A DNA stretch of 64,000 nucleotides, from assembly GCA_964016885.1 (NCBI GenBank), contig OZ024741.1, forward strand, positions 43,710,001 to 43,774,000. The letters are read 5' to 3'. The notes under the pieces were generated by a model. That model searched no databases. It was given only the letters and a program-made list of their open reading frames with translations, and had not been told where the DNA came from. Origin of the DNA: Eledone cirrhosa (Eukaryota). Shown here in pieces: positions 1 through 12,901 of the stretch. The translations under genes were made by a program, and so were the position numbers. Each line of letters begins with the position of its first letter. The first letter of the stretch is position 1.

Positions 1-617
1 ATCTGCGAACCTTTATATCATATGTAGTGTCGCTAGATACCGTTCGCCATATACGTATATTTACTCCTAATTAAATCATATTGAGTTTACTATTCCCAAC
101 AAATCACCTAAGCAGTTCGTAGGCATCGGTTTGGCGGACACTGCTCATATGATCATAAGTAGAATATTTAATAGCTTGGTGTGTTATATTAATATCGGCA
201 GCATGACGCTGGCAGTTCGTTGCAAAGTGATACAACATATCTAATATGTTAGTCTTGCTGCAAATAAAATATGACGTTCTTATGAACTATAGAATACTTA
301 AATATCTAATATCATAAATTGAGAGTATATACATTTATAAAACGGTTATTTCTTGTTTTTAACCATGTTCCACCTGTTATTTGAATCATATAGAATATAT
401 TAAGGGAGAACACATTATTTCAATACCGGATGTATCGTTATATAAAATTTAAAGACTAATCATTTCAAGTCGGTTAGGTTACCCACTGCCACTTCCAATG
501 CAGACTAAAATGATTTCAAGAAACGTTGTTAGAATAATTTTCATGGCGCTATCTAATATTCAGTTGAACAGAGAGTGAAGTAATTCACTGAATCACACTA
601 TATATATATATATATAT

Positions 618-840
618 ATTTATTAAAATAACAGATTAAAGTTTAAGCAAAGAATCGGTGCTTTCACCCTTAACGGGATCTTCTGAAGGGTGACCCCGTT
701 AAGTGTGAAAGCAGTGATTCTTTGCTTAAACTTTAATCTGTTACTTTAATAAATATTTGCTCTACGGTTCTTATATATTTGATATATATTTATCCTTATC
801 GAGCCCTGTTTGGATTTTAGTCTTCAAATTTATTATTACT
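618..840 (+). mobile_element. PLE family A terminal pLTR fragment arranged as a fold-back
   Basis: 618-686 is the reverse complement of about 690-755. The right part matches the family A 3' end at 43985-44134. Flanked by (TA)n. Confidence 0.85.
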
Positions 841-1236
<396 letters not shown>

Positions 1237-1387
1237 ACATGCATACTAGCTGGCTCCTTGTCGTAAGAAAGGTCAGCTAATTGTAATATCTATAAATAAT
1301 ATTAACAAATAAATGTTTTTTGGTTATATATATATATATATATATATATATAACCAACAAACATTTATATATATATATATATATATA

Positions 1388-2790
1388 TTTCGTTTCTGAA
1401 TTTGTTTAGCAATATTCTTTATCTGAAAACGTCTGTTGAAACCGATATTGTTATGCTTTGGGAGGGTCTTGTTGCCAATAAGAAACACACGCACCAGTGC
1501 TTTAAATTCAATTTATTATAATAAATTTATAAATTTTCGGTTGGTTGGTTCCACAACCAGATGATTGTTTATATATTGTCAAAGTTCTTTCGTCACACAT
1601 TCTGTGACCTCTTCAGTGACTGGGGATTCTTTTCTTTGTTTCTGTGCCTCTCCTTTGTTCTGTCCTACGCCATCTTGTTTGTGTGTTGGGTGCTTAGTTT
1701 GCACACGTGTTACTCCGTGTGTCTGTGTGTGTTTATATTCGTTTATTTATTTGTTTATTTACATGTTACTGGTTGGTTGTTTGTTCTATGTGCTGGTGTG
1801 TTTTCATTTTGTCCTTAATTGTAAGTTGTGATGTTGCTGTTCCACACAGGTTTTCTATTTAATTTTGGTTGGAGTTCAATTATGTTTATTGCCTCTGTGA
1901 TTTGTCTAAACATTGCGTCTTTTCTGTGTGTAGATTCTATTTTATTTCTATGTTCTCTAATTTACCCTTATGTTCTATTTTAGCATGTTGGTAGAGTACA
2001 GATGATTCTTTACTAAATTGAAGGTCTCGCCAGTGTTCATTTATCCGTTCCCCTATACTACGAGCTGTCTCACTATATTTTTATCTCTACATTGTCATTC
2101 AGTACATCTTATGCTATATACTACATTTCTAGTTTTACAGTTAATATGGGGGCTCAATTTACAGATTATACATTTCTTATCTATACAGGGAGGTCTTTGA
2201 AAAGGGTATGTATTGCTAATAAGTGTTTTTATGGAGGTACCTGGTCTTTCTACTATTTTAGTATTGAGTTTATGTTTATCTAGGGCCCTTCTAAATTTGT
2301 AAGCTAATTCACCTCTAGAGGTTGTATCGATGAACATTACACTCCGGTATTTATTGCTAACATACCATGGGTTTATTCTATTAGCCTTATTCCTAGTTAT
2401 TTCTATTCTATTCCAAAATTTGCTCCTATACAAGAGGCAGGTCCCATTTGTGTCATTATTTACCATATTTTCCCATTTGGTTCTGGTTCCTCTATATACT
2501 CTGATTTTATCTCTCTGATTGTAACCAGAAAACTGCATACGGTGGATGAAGTGTTGTATGTGTCTCTCTAGTTCTCCAGGGTTGCACATGCGGGACACGT
2601 TTCTCATCACCCTTACAAAATCCGCAATCAGTATGTTGATTTTGGTATGATCCGAAACAGTTGAGTTTCAGTGGATCAGATATTTGGAAGTCATGGATTT
2701 GTCATAATGGGAATGGAGGATTTGTTTTTTGTTATTAATGGTATCTAACCAGAGCTCTGTGTCTAGTACGGGTAATCGATATTTAATACT
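1388..2790 (-). mobile_element. PLE family D, 5'-truncated (RT thumb, Cys linker, GIY-YIG start, 3' pLTR)
   Basis: ORF 2095-2610 has RMQFSGY..VMFIDTT.RGELA..KIVERPGTSIK..C-C-C-C..NVVYSIRC. Homologous to 36950-38410. HHR in the 3' region. Confidence 0.8.
1578..1620 (-). ncRNA. Type I hammerhead ribozyme (minimal)
   Basis: Minus strand: GUCA CUGAAGA G GUCACA-gaaug-UGUGAC GAAA GAAC UU UGAC; stems I and II pair. Confidence 0.8.
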
Positions 2791-2867
2791 ATATATATAT
2801 ATATATATTCATATAGTATTAAATAGACCGAAGGGCATTTGTAGTTGTATTCAGGTTTATTTCTATC

Positions 2868-2950
2868 ACCATGATACATATTTCGCTTATGTTTATGTAT
2901 AAGTTAGTTTTCGTCAAAGCCATTTCACTAGGCTGAGCTCTTCAGATGGT
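2868..2950 (-). ncRNA. Type I hammerhead ribozyme with long stem II insert
   Basis: Minus strand: ACCAU CUGAAGA GCU...AGC GAAA UAUGUA UC AUGGU, followed by AAUAAA. Confidence 0.8.
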
Positions 2951-3148
2951 ATACATTTTAAAAACAATTCACACACAATTTAACTCTTTAAAATATTGAA
3001 AAAAACTTCTCGAAAAATGTATTTATTTTGATGTTACAAGAAACCAGCAGAATGTGTTGATGTTGATACTCTTTCTACGACACACACACAAACACCCCCC
3101 CCCCCCCACCCACATAAGTTTATATATATATATAAATATATATATATA

Positions 3149-3324
3149 CGAGGGCAATCCCAAAAGTAAGGTCTCCTTCCTATATTGAAACTTTTCCGTT
3201 AAAATCCTCTGGATGGTGGTTCGGGAAACCTCAGGAACTAAAATGCAGAGAGCATCCAGAGAAATCCGCTGATCTTTACGCATGTTGTCCTCGGAAGGAG
3301 ACCTTACTTTTGGAATTGACCTCT
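3149..3324 (-). mobile_element. Internally deleted mariner element (MITE-like)
   Basis: About 32 bp TIRs (cgagggcaatcccaaaagtaaggtctccttcc / ggaaggagaccttacttttggaattgacctct) in TA context. Internal MRKDQRISLDALC..VSRTTIQRILTEKFQYRK resembles a mariner HTH. Confidence 0.8.
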
Positions 3325-4304
3325 ATATGATAACTGCGCAAAATTAGCACTTGGCGGTAGTGTTGAACGGGAGCTCAATCTCAACGGCTGCCAAGCCAAG
3401 ATTGAGCATCCCAGCGAAGCGCGCCCATGCTTGTTTGGGAGTGAAGGAAGCACCAATTACAGCAGTGTTGCCTAGAGCCGTAGATCAGTGTCTCTGCGTC
3501 CCCATCGCTTTGGAGACCCATACATTTGGGATTGTCCTCGTAAATATACAATTATAAGTTTGAAGAATAGTCAGACAAATATATATATGTATATATATCT
3601 ATATGTGTGTGTGTGTATGTGTGTGTGTGTCTATATATATATATATACACACACATGTTTATATATTTGTATACACATAGACGACTATATTTATGATTTC
3701 ATAACGTACGAGAATAACCTCACGAGTGTTCGGATTTAGAACCAATTTACAATACATTGTCAATAAGACGGAAGGACTAAGAGAAAGCAAGAACATTTAA
3801 TAACGGCAACCAGTGCAACGAGAATGAAATTCAATCATATAAAGGTAAATTTTGAGATTATAGTTCACAGGAATGTAATTGTAGTTTTATATTATATATT
3901 AATAACATTGGGCTTTAAATGAAAAGAATTATATTTAAAAATATATTAAATGTTACCTGTATAAGTATCTTGTTTATTTCTAGCTTCTTTTTCATATAAT
4001 TTGAATGTTTTCACCCAGTCACACCAAGCAAGGAATTCAGTATAGAGGAAATGATCTCAATATAGATTTGCTTTTGATTTGAATTTATGTTTTCAGGACA
4101 AAATATTAAATTAAGTTTAGAAGTATTCCACACGGAAATATATATGTAACACACAACGGTATACACCCCCACACTTCCCCATATATATATATATATAGTA
4201 ATAATAATAAATGTGAAGACTAAAATCCAAAGAGGGCTCGATAAGGATAAATATATATATATATAAGAACCGGAGAGCAAATATTTATTAAAATAACAGA
4301 TTAA

Positions 4305-4355
4305 AGTTTAAGCAAAGAATCGCTGTTTTCACCCTTAACGGGATCTTCTGAAACT
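4305..4355 (-). ncRNA. Family A hammerhead-like motif, U4A core variant
   Basis: Reverse complement of the motif at 6984-7034, with one stem III substitution. Confidence 0.6.
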
Positions 4356-6983
4356 AACAAAGTCAATCTGCGAACGCAGAAGTGAATATTTCAAAAAAAC
4401 GTTGCAACCGGAGGAAGACAGGAAGACGATACTTTGGTTCGAGAAAAGGTTCCCTGGCAAAGAACGGGAAAAAAAGAATATAATACGTCATAATTTGGAG
4501 CGATGAAAAACAATTACACGCAAAGACAAAGCCACGTTTATGGTATAGAAGAAGTCGTAGACTAATATTCTCTTAGGTTGTTCATAGAGACATTCTCTAG
4601 CAAGGAACGGGAAAATGAAGATAATACGTCATATGTGGTGCTTGGAGAACAATTGCACGCAAAGACAAAACCACGTAAATGGTAAAACTGAAGTTGTAGA
4701 CTAAAATTCTAACTAGGAAACCGAATGATTCACTGCTTCAGAGTTAAGAATAAAGTAAATAAAATACAGAAGTAATTGAAATTAAATAAATACATACACG
4801 CATCCATATACGTACATACACAAGCATATGCGAAAACAATCGCCAAAGGTATATAAATACACGCACATATAAATATGTGTGTGTGTGCGTGTATACAAAT
4901 AATTAAATAAACGCATATAAATAAATAAATACGTATATAACAAGCGCAAACACATACCTACATGTAAATACACATATGTTCGGGGACGTACTTCAACCAA
5001 AACACGAGGTACGCATATACACACACCCTACATACGTACGAACCCGCATACTCACACAGACGCAAAACTGACGTATACACATAACCAAAAGCATATGTAC
5101 CAGAATATATAAACTATACGCCATAACATATACAATGAAAATTACGTACGAGAAAGTATACGTACCTTCACAAAACATACAGGTAATATATACTTACCTA
5201 TGCAAATAAGTAATGGTATAAACATAACATATACTTAGCTACCACATAGAGACGTAAAATATCCGCATATAGATCGTACTATCCGTTAGGGTATAATGTG
5301 GGGCTGTAATACAAGAAAGTTTTGTGCAATTTATGTTTACAAGCCGAAATTGCCTCAGATTTTTTGTTAAAGATGTAGTTTTTGGCATAGAGTTTTTCCA
5401 GGGCCTCAGTGGCGCAGAGGTCACATGGTCTTTTATTTCCGTTATACGATCTAGCCCTAGCTAGGATCTCCCAGTGTAAATTATATTGGGTGTGATTATC
5501 TTTTAGACTCCAGATATAAGCTGAAGGTGACGTCATATTCCTTCTTAGAGGGTAACAAAAAGAATGGGTATGCATGTAAAGACGCTGCTTGAATCTATTG
5601 GCGGTTAACACTATGTAGGCCCTACGGGACATGGGTGTTTCAACCTTACATTTGTAGACAATGTTACTAGAGAGGCATTTCACGGACAGGGGGCAGTCAA
5701 CCTGATTCCTACAATTACAGTTAGTACTAACTACAGGGTTGCACGTGTTCCTACTTCTAGGTAGTTTAGCTAAATTTGAAGCTGTGATGTTATGTGCAAG
5801 GTTAGGAGTCGTAGAGTAAGTAATTTTAATAGTATTTCTATTAAAAATTTTACTATATTTATGTGTAGGGGAAAATGCTTCGTAATAAGGGATAGAAAGA
5901 TCTTAGCTAATGGTGTAGCCACCTTCATGTTATATGATGGGTTATACCATATAATGCGTCGGGATCTATTTCTTCTATTGCACAAAACTGTCCTGTATTA
6001 CAGCCCCATATTATACCCTAACGGATAGTACGATCTATACGCGTATATTTTATGTCTTGATGTGGTAGCTAAGTATATGTTATGTTTATACCATTACTTA
6101 TTTGCATAGGTAAGTATATATTACCTGTATGTTTTCTGAGGGTACGTATACTTTCTCGTACGTAATTTTGATTGTATATGTTATGGCGTATATTTTATAT
6201 ATTCTGGTACAAGCATTTGGTTATGTGTATACGTGAGTTTTGCGTGTGTGTGAGTATACTGGTTCGTACGTATGTAGGGCGTGTGTATATGTGTTCTTAG
6301 TGTTTTGGTTGAGGTACGTCTCCGAACATATGTGTATTTACATGTAGGTAATTGTGTGCTCTTGTTATATGCGTATTTATTTATTTATATACGTTTATTT
6401 AATTATTTGTATACACACACCCACATACACACACACATACACACACACACACATACACACACATAGTTATATGTGCGTGTATTTGTATACCTTTAGCGAT
6501 TGTTTTCGCGTATGCTTGTGTATGTACGTATATGGATGCGTGTATGTATTTATTTAATTTCAATTACTTCTGTATTTTATTTCCTTTATTCTAAACTCTG
6601 AAGCCGGGAATCATTCGGTTTCCTAGTTAGAATTTTAGTCTACGGCTTCAGTTATACCATTTACGTGGTTTTGTCTTTGCGTGCAATTGTTCTCCACGGT
6701 CCACATATGACGTATTATCTTCGTTTTTTCTGTTCATTGCCAGAGAACGTCTCTATGAACCACCTAAGAGAATATTAGTCTACGACTTCTTTTATACCAT
6801 AAACGTGGTTTTGTCTTTGCGTGTAATTGTTTTTAACCGCTCCAAATAATGACGCATTATATTCGTCTTTTCCCCTTCTTTGCCAGGGAACGTTTCCACG
6901 AACCAAATTATCGTCTTCCTGTCTTCGACCGGTTGCAACGTTTTTTGAAATATTCCCTTCTGCATTCACAGATTGACTTTGTT

Positions 6984-7034
6984 AGTTTCAGAAGATCCCG
7001 TTAAGGGTGAAAGCAGCGATTCTTTGCTTAAACT
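6984..7034 (+). ncRNA. Family A hammerhead-like motif, U4A core variant
   Basis: AGUUU CAGAAGA U CCC-guuaa-GGG U GAAA GCAG-cgauucu-UUGC UU AAACU; all three stems pair. Confidence 0.65.
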
Positions 7035-7054
7035 TTAATCTGTTATTTTAATAA

Positions 7055-7098
<44 letters not shown>

Positions 7099-7253
7099 GT
7101 GAGGTTTCTTTTACAAAATGAAAAAACACCGAGGTGTCCTACACGAGTGAAAGTATAAAAAAAAAAGATGAAATCGAAAATGCAACTGGAGGAACCAAAT
7201 AAATATATATATTCTTTTTTAAAATAAGACTCCAGTTGTATTTCCGATTTCAT

Positions 7254-7333
<80 letters not shown>

Positions 7334-7662
7334 TTCAGGTTATCAATAATGTAGTGATAATAATATATCGTTACGTTAGAGATGAACAGCGTACGTGTAG
7401 ATTTGCTCAACGAGTATAAATTATATTCCAGAGAAAATGTAGAAAAGATGAATATAATATGAAAGTGCTTTTTTCGACTGCTACTGAATAACAGCAATGC
7501 TAGTAGCCAGCTGGTATATGCATTAGGGAATTGAATTAAGAAATCTCATTTTATCTATAGCAGTTTATATTAAATGGTAAATAATAGAAGAGTTGATATA
7601 ATTAAGACTAATAGAGAATGTTAATATGTATTTTGACAATAAACGGAGATGGAGACAGGCGT

Positions 7663-9981
7663 TCAATCCTGATAGTATTTGTAATATGAAAATGTAGATT
7701 TTAAGCGATGGTTACAGTATAACGATCGCTCTATTCTGTTATTTAATAAAATGTTTTTGGATTTCATAATACAAAATAATTCCATATTACATAATTTACA
7801 AAATTCCTGTCCGTGGGGATATGGAGGGGCAGGTGCTATTATATCCCATTTCAGGTTAAATTGATGGTTATTTTCACGCAACTGCCAAGCCTTGTCTGCG
7901 AGTGTTGTTACATAACGCTGGTTTTCATGTTTTATCGAGTAACGATGTCTATAAAGGCGTGATTTGAAGGAGGTGGCTGTAGATCCCACATAGTACCACT
8001 TCTGTCTATCCGATTCGATAGTACATTTGTATATTATGTTGCGTTCAAGACACTGATTGTTCAACGGACACATTCCTGGTTGGACACAGTTACAGTTATA
8101 ATTTTGCGTTGTTGTATTGGCATGGATGGGTTGATGAGGTTGCTTAGGTAGGACGGGATGTTGTTACTTATGTTGTGATGTTATAGCTAATGTTTTACGT
8201 GTATTGTTATGTGTTGGAAGGCGTTTATACAACCGTTTTGCATTAAGCTTTTTTATATGCTGTTCAATATTTGGGGCGGTTGAATATGAAAGTCGAATAG
8301 TGTTAGGGTTTAAGATTTTATAATATTTATGTGATGTTGGAAAGTGTCTTTTAACTAATCGAAAGAATTGTGAGGGTAGATTGGTTTTAATAGAGTTGTT
8401 ATAGACCGGGTTGTACCATATATACTCTTTACATCGCCTTCTGTTTGGTGGTGTGCGACTATTATTGTGTCTATTGCGATAGTGTATGTATGGTGGTGAT
8501 TCTGTGCTATTTCTACCCCTATGGGATTTATTTTGGGTGTTTTGGTGATCTTCGACTATAGACTCTATATTATCTAGGTGTCCGGCCTTCCTAAGTGCAT
8601 CATCATAATATTCGGCATGTTCTTTGAAGTTTTGTTGGTTGGACGACATGCGGAAGATTCTAAGAGAAACATTTCTAGGGATGGATTTAATTATAGAGAG
8701 TGGATGGTTAGAACTCGTATTTACATATTTAAGGTTCTCATTTAGTTTATGGAACGGTTTAATCGTTTCTGTATTGAGATTCAAAGTAACATCAAGGAAA
8801 TTGACCTCTTTGAGGTTATATTCAAATGTAATATTTAATCCTAGTTCCTTAAAAAGCTTTCTGATATTTTTACGCATCCTTTCTAAATTCTAGTTATTCA
8901 TATGCTTAACTAATAGGAGCGCATCGTCACGGTAGATTCCACCGTGGAGATCCTTGAATTTTCCTTGTAGTCTGTGGGTGATATAAATTCCCACAAGATC
9001 TGTTACTTCCGCCGAATCATTGGAACCCATAGTAATATCAAAATTAGAAGGCCTATCTTTGCGAACCCAGTAGCTATCATCAAATTTAACAATAGTTTTC
9101 CTCGCTTCCATAATAATTTTAATTTCAGCATCCGTAAGGGCGAAATTAGCCTTAGCGAACGAAAGAGCTTCATGTAGAGTATCAGGTGAAATTGAGGAAT
9201 AATATTCATCAATATCAAACTGAATAAATTTCGATTTTTTCTTATCAGTTATGTTATTAAACCATCTTATTGCTTCATGAGTGTTACCCCATAGTTTAAT
9301 TTCTACTTTAGCCTTAACTTGGGGGATAATTATGTCTAGTAAATATTTGCTAATTTTGCCTATATCAGATTTAGAGGGGCATATAAGTCTAATTTTAGGG
9401 TCAGTATCGAAGTTTACCTTGTGGTCCTTCAGGTTGAAGGATGGTGTAGCTGGTGTTAAGGGTTGCGTTCTATCGTCAATACAAAGTGTTTTAACAATTT
9501 CACATGCCGAGTTGTTGATGTTTTTAAGTGTAGCTTCATTAGTTTTCTTGTATTTTTTATGCAATTCCTTACGGATGAAGTTATTGTAAGTGTCCACATC
9601 CATGGTATATACGTTTTATGTTTTGTCTGCTCTAACAATAATTCCATTGGCGTTTTTTAGATTATTGAGCAGTGCCGTGATGTCATTCTGTAGTTTATTG
9701 TTCTTCCGTTTTGTAAATTTCATCTCCATGATCATATCCATTAGTTCTTTTTCAAATGCATCCAAAAGTGGGTTTGAGGGTGGGCTTTTGTAAGATTTAA
9801 ATCCAAATTTATCCTTGTTAAAATCCGATGTTTGGTTTATACGGCTTTTGTCAAAATGGAATGTTTTCCAACTGATTCGTCGAATAAAATCATTGGTCCT
9901 TCGTATCATACCTAGAATATATTCCTTTTTTGCCTGAATAGGTATGTTTTTTAACGACATATCCAATTGGTGCCTTTCCAT
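7663..9981 (-). pseudogene. PLE RT + GIY-YIG endonuclease ORF (about 772 codons) with three in-frame stops and no frameshift
   Basis: Four ORF-track pieces share one frame, with stops at 9616-18 (TAA), 8890-92 (TAG) and 8164-66 (TAA). Motifs: SLKNIP, QFDIDEYYSSI, FDITMGS.DSAEVTDLVG, GIYRDD, NFLDVTLNL, IIYKC..YVGST..FKSR. Confidence 0.93.
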
Positions 9982-10197
9982 TTTAGAGGGGTATGATCAA
10001 TTAGTTGCTCAACTGTATAGGAGATTATTAAAATTTCAGGTTATCAATAATGTAGTGATAATAATATATCGTTACGTTAGAGATGAACAGCGTACGTGTA
10101 GGTTTGCTCAACGAGTATAAATTATATTCCGGAGAAAATGTAGAAAAGATGAATATAATATGAAAGTGCTTTTTTAAAAAGAAAGGAATTTATTAGG

Positions 10198-10312
10198 TAT
10201 TGACATATGTTTCTGTAACAGACGTAATACCTATATATCGCTGCTTGGGTAATCATATAATGTTAGCAAGTATTCCATAGCAAATGTATAATCAGTTGTC
10301 ACTTCTTCAGAG
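10198..10312 (-). ncRNA. Family B pLTR hammerhead motif with long stem II insert
   Basis: CUGAAGA aGUGACA...UGUUAC a GAAA CAUAUG UC then AAUAAA; stem I pairs poorly. Confidence 0.55.
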
Positions 10313-10768
10313 ATTTTGGATAAATTGGAAAAAATCAGAAAAATTGAAATATTTATATTAGTTGTAATAGAGGAAGAAGAGAGGGGATAGTATATGACAT
10401 ATGGTAATTCAATTTACTGCTAAACAAGTATATAAAGGGTTTCTAATGAGAATACAATGAGTAAATGGTTTATTTTATCTATATAAGAATTTTTGGGAGT
10501 GCCTATTTTAATCTATACTTGACCAATTGAAGAATGGACAGGGCTAGTCCTTTGGTGTAGTAGTATTAATTATAAAGTGTCAATTAAAGAAGGGGGAGAT
10601 TTCGACTGCTACTGAATAACATCAATGCTAGTAGCCAGCTGGTATATGCATTAGGGAATTGAATTAAGAAATCTCATTTTCTCTATAGCAGTTTATATTA
10701 AATGGTAAATAATAGAAGAGTTGATAGAATAAAGACTAATAGAGAATGTTAATATGTATTTTGATAAT

Positions 10769-10884
10769 CTCTGAAGAAGTGACAACTGATTATACATTTT
10801 CAATCGAATATTTGCTAACATTATATGATTACGCAAGCAGCGATACAAAGGTATTCCGTCTGTTACAGAAACATATGTCAATAC
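10769..10884 (+). ncRNA. Family B hammerhead motif in the inverted pLTR fragment
   Basis: ctgaaga at 10771-77 and gaaa catatg tc at 10868-79. Confidence 0.55.
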
Positions 10885-11012
10885 CTAATAAATTGCTTTT
10901 TTTTAAAAAAAGCACTTTCATTTTATATTCATCTTTTCTATATAAATATATATATATATAAATTAATAAAATAATGAATAAACAAAGAAACAGTTCCTTA
11001 TATTAAAAAAAT

Positions 11013-11154
11013 TCATCATTTTACGATCGTTTCTAGGATATATATGTGTTAGAGTTGGTATGCATATTCTATAGATCTATGTACAATATTTATACAAACT
11101 ATCAGAGGGAATATACATACCTACACATATATATGCTGTCTTCAGAAGTAATGA
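11013..11154 (-). ncRNA. Type I hammerhead ribozyme with about 100 nt stem II
   Basis: UCAUUACUU CUGAAGA cag..AUAUAUAUGUGU...ACACAUAUAUAU ccua GAAA CGAUCG UA AAAUGAUGA; stem I has 8 of 9 pairs and stem III is palindromic. Confidence 0.7.
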
Positions 11155-11842
11155 TATTTCTTTATTGAAAAAAACAAAGATTCAATACAATAGGTCTGTT
11201 TGGGAACAGGTTTTGAATTGACCAATAGAGAGATAGTGAGGGTCAGGATAGTAATATAGTAGTAGAAGAACCTTAAATTATGGGTAGAGGAAGGTAGATT
11301 TCAGTTTTGGATGGAAAAGAATATTATGAATGAAGCATTATTTTAGGGAAGAAATAGTTCTTATGTTGGCCTCAGAAATAATTTTATTTGTTCATTGATT
11401 AAAACCAACAAAGATCTAATATATTCTGTCTGTTTGGTAAGAGGTTTAGAATTAACCAATAGAAAGTTAATAATTGGCCAAATGGTAAAATAGTAGTAAT
11501 TGAAGCTTATTTTAGGGGTGAAAATAGGTCAGGTGGTCAGTAAAAGGTATACAAACGGTTGCTGTTATAAAATAGTAATGCCAATACAAATATCTAAGGT
11601 GACTAAAGTTTTAAGATAAGAATGTTAGTGAAAAAATACATCTATGAAAAGGATATAAATTAATTTAATTGATGGGTATATTTATATTGATAAAATTATA
11701 CTAATACATATAGATATGATAAATATGAGTTAGATGCAGTTGAAAAGTGCTGTTAAAGATGAGGGGAAATTAAAAGAATATAAAAATAATATATATATAT
11801 ATATATATATATACTTATACACATATATATATACATATATAT

Positions 11843-11882
<40 letters not shown>

Positions 11883-11886
11883 TTAC

Positions 11887-11934
<48 letters not shown>

Positions 11935-12099
11935 GGAGTGTGCTCAAAAGGGCCACCCCTTATCAAAATAGTAGAAATTAGTGTAGATTATGTTCCTAAG
12001 AACTTTTTGAAATAATGAAATCTAAGGATATCCTATTAAATAAGCGACAGGAATTAATAATATCGTGTAATCATAAACTGAGAAAAACCTTTAAATATT

Positions 12100-12319
12100 A
12101 TAAACCTAATTAATATACACTTTAGAAATTAATTTATAAATTATTTTTAATTTAGTTAACCTATAATTAATATTCTACTACTGATGAACTACATAATTCT
12201 GCTTTAAAATGTATAAACCTAATTAATATACACTTTAGAAATTAATATATAAACTATTTTTAATTTAGTTAACCTATAATTAATATTCTACTACTGATGT
12301 ACTACATCATTTTGCTTTC
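12100..12319. repeat. Tandem duplication, 113 bp period
   Basis: ataaacctaattaatatacactttagaaattaat... starts at both 12100 and 12213. Confidence 0.9.
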
Positions 12320-12846
12320 CTTCTTACAAATATAATTTCCTAAAACTCTTCAGAAGAGAAAACACGAACTGGATACTTCTAAATTGTTAGCAGCAGCAAG
12401 ATATAAGCTGACCACTACAACAACAACAGTACCAAAATAATGGTGGAGGTCAAATGTACTGAACAATAGCAGGCAAAAACACTACAGGGAGCCTCACCCC
12501 AGAAAGAATTCTATAGACTTCTGACTGAGGAATGCTCTCAGAACTGAACAATGGGAAGTTTGACACTTTTTTTGTTATTTTGTTCCTTTAACACCTTGTC
12601 CCTTCTACCATTTTATCAATTTTTAAGCTAACTCCAACAATAACAACACTTAGAATGTGGAATGTTCTAATAACTGACCAATGAGAGAAGAAGGGGACCT
12701 GTGACATGAAAATTCGTTTGTTTGAATTCATATGACTCCAGTTCCCCATTGAATTAACAACCCAAAAAGGAACTGGGCATATCAGAGTATTGACAATATC
12801 ATACACCTAAACAACATATGTACTTGTCTATACCATACTAATTCAA

Positions 12847-12901
12847 ACTGCCTGAAGAGGTCACAGCCAAAGATGGCTGTCACTGAAATATATATAGCAG
12901 T
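12847..12901 (+). ncRNA. Type I hammerhead ribozyme
   Basis: ACUGC CUGAAGA ggucACAGCCA-aaga-UGGCUGUcacu GAAA UAUAUA UA GCAGU then AAUAAA. Confidence 0.8.

Larger units (their letters stand above)
4197..7057 (-). mobile_element. PLE family A 3' portion (GIY-YIG + 3' UTR) with about 1.07 kb inverted 3' UTR copy
   Basis: ORFs 5279-5683 (CL..NIVYKC..FKQRLYMH..LHWEILARA..CDLC..CKH) and 5770-5985. Region 5978-7057 is the inverted copy of about 4282-5332. Confidence 0.9.
7329..10942 (-). mobile_element. Full-length PLE family B (Nematis-like) with direct pLTRs and an extra inverted pLTR fragment
   Basis: Direct repeats 7329-7640 and 10031-10768 flank the ORF. 10769-10942 is an inverted copy of 10141-10312. 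(TA)n on both sides. Confidence 0.92.

Noticed and set aside
1420-1450. Plus-strand CUGAAAA..GAAA motif
   Set aside because: C3-A8 mismatch, no stems, and antisense to the element; the real family D HHR is at 1578-1620.
3335-3545. GC-rich patch translating to ..CVPIALET.., like a REL endonuclease tail
   Set aside because: Too short and degenerate to assign.
7663-9981. Stop-codon reassignment or selenocysteine readthrough in PLE ORFs
   Set aside because: Stops are of mixed types and not shared between copies; for example the TGA near 42038 is GGA in the sister copy near 53250. This fits decay.
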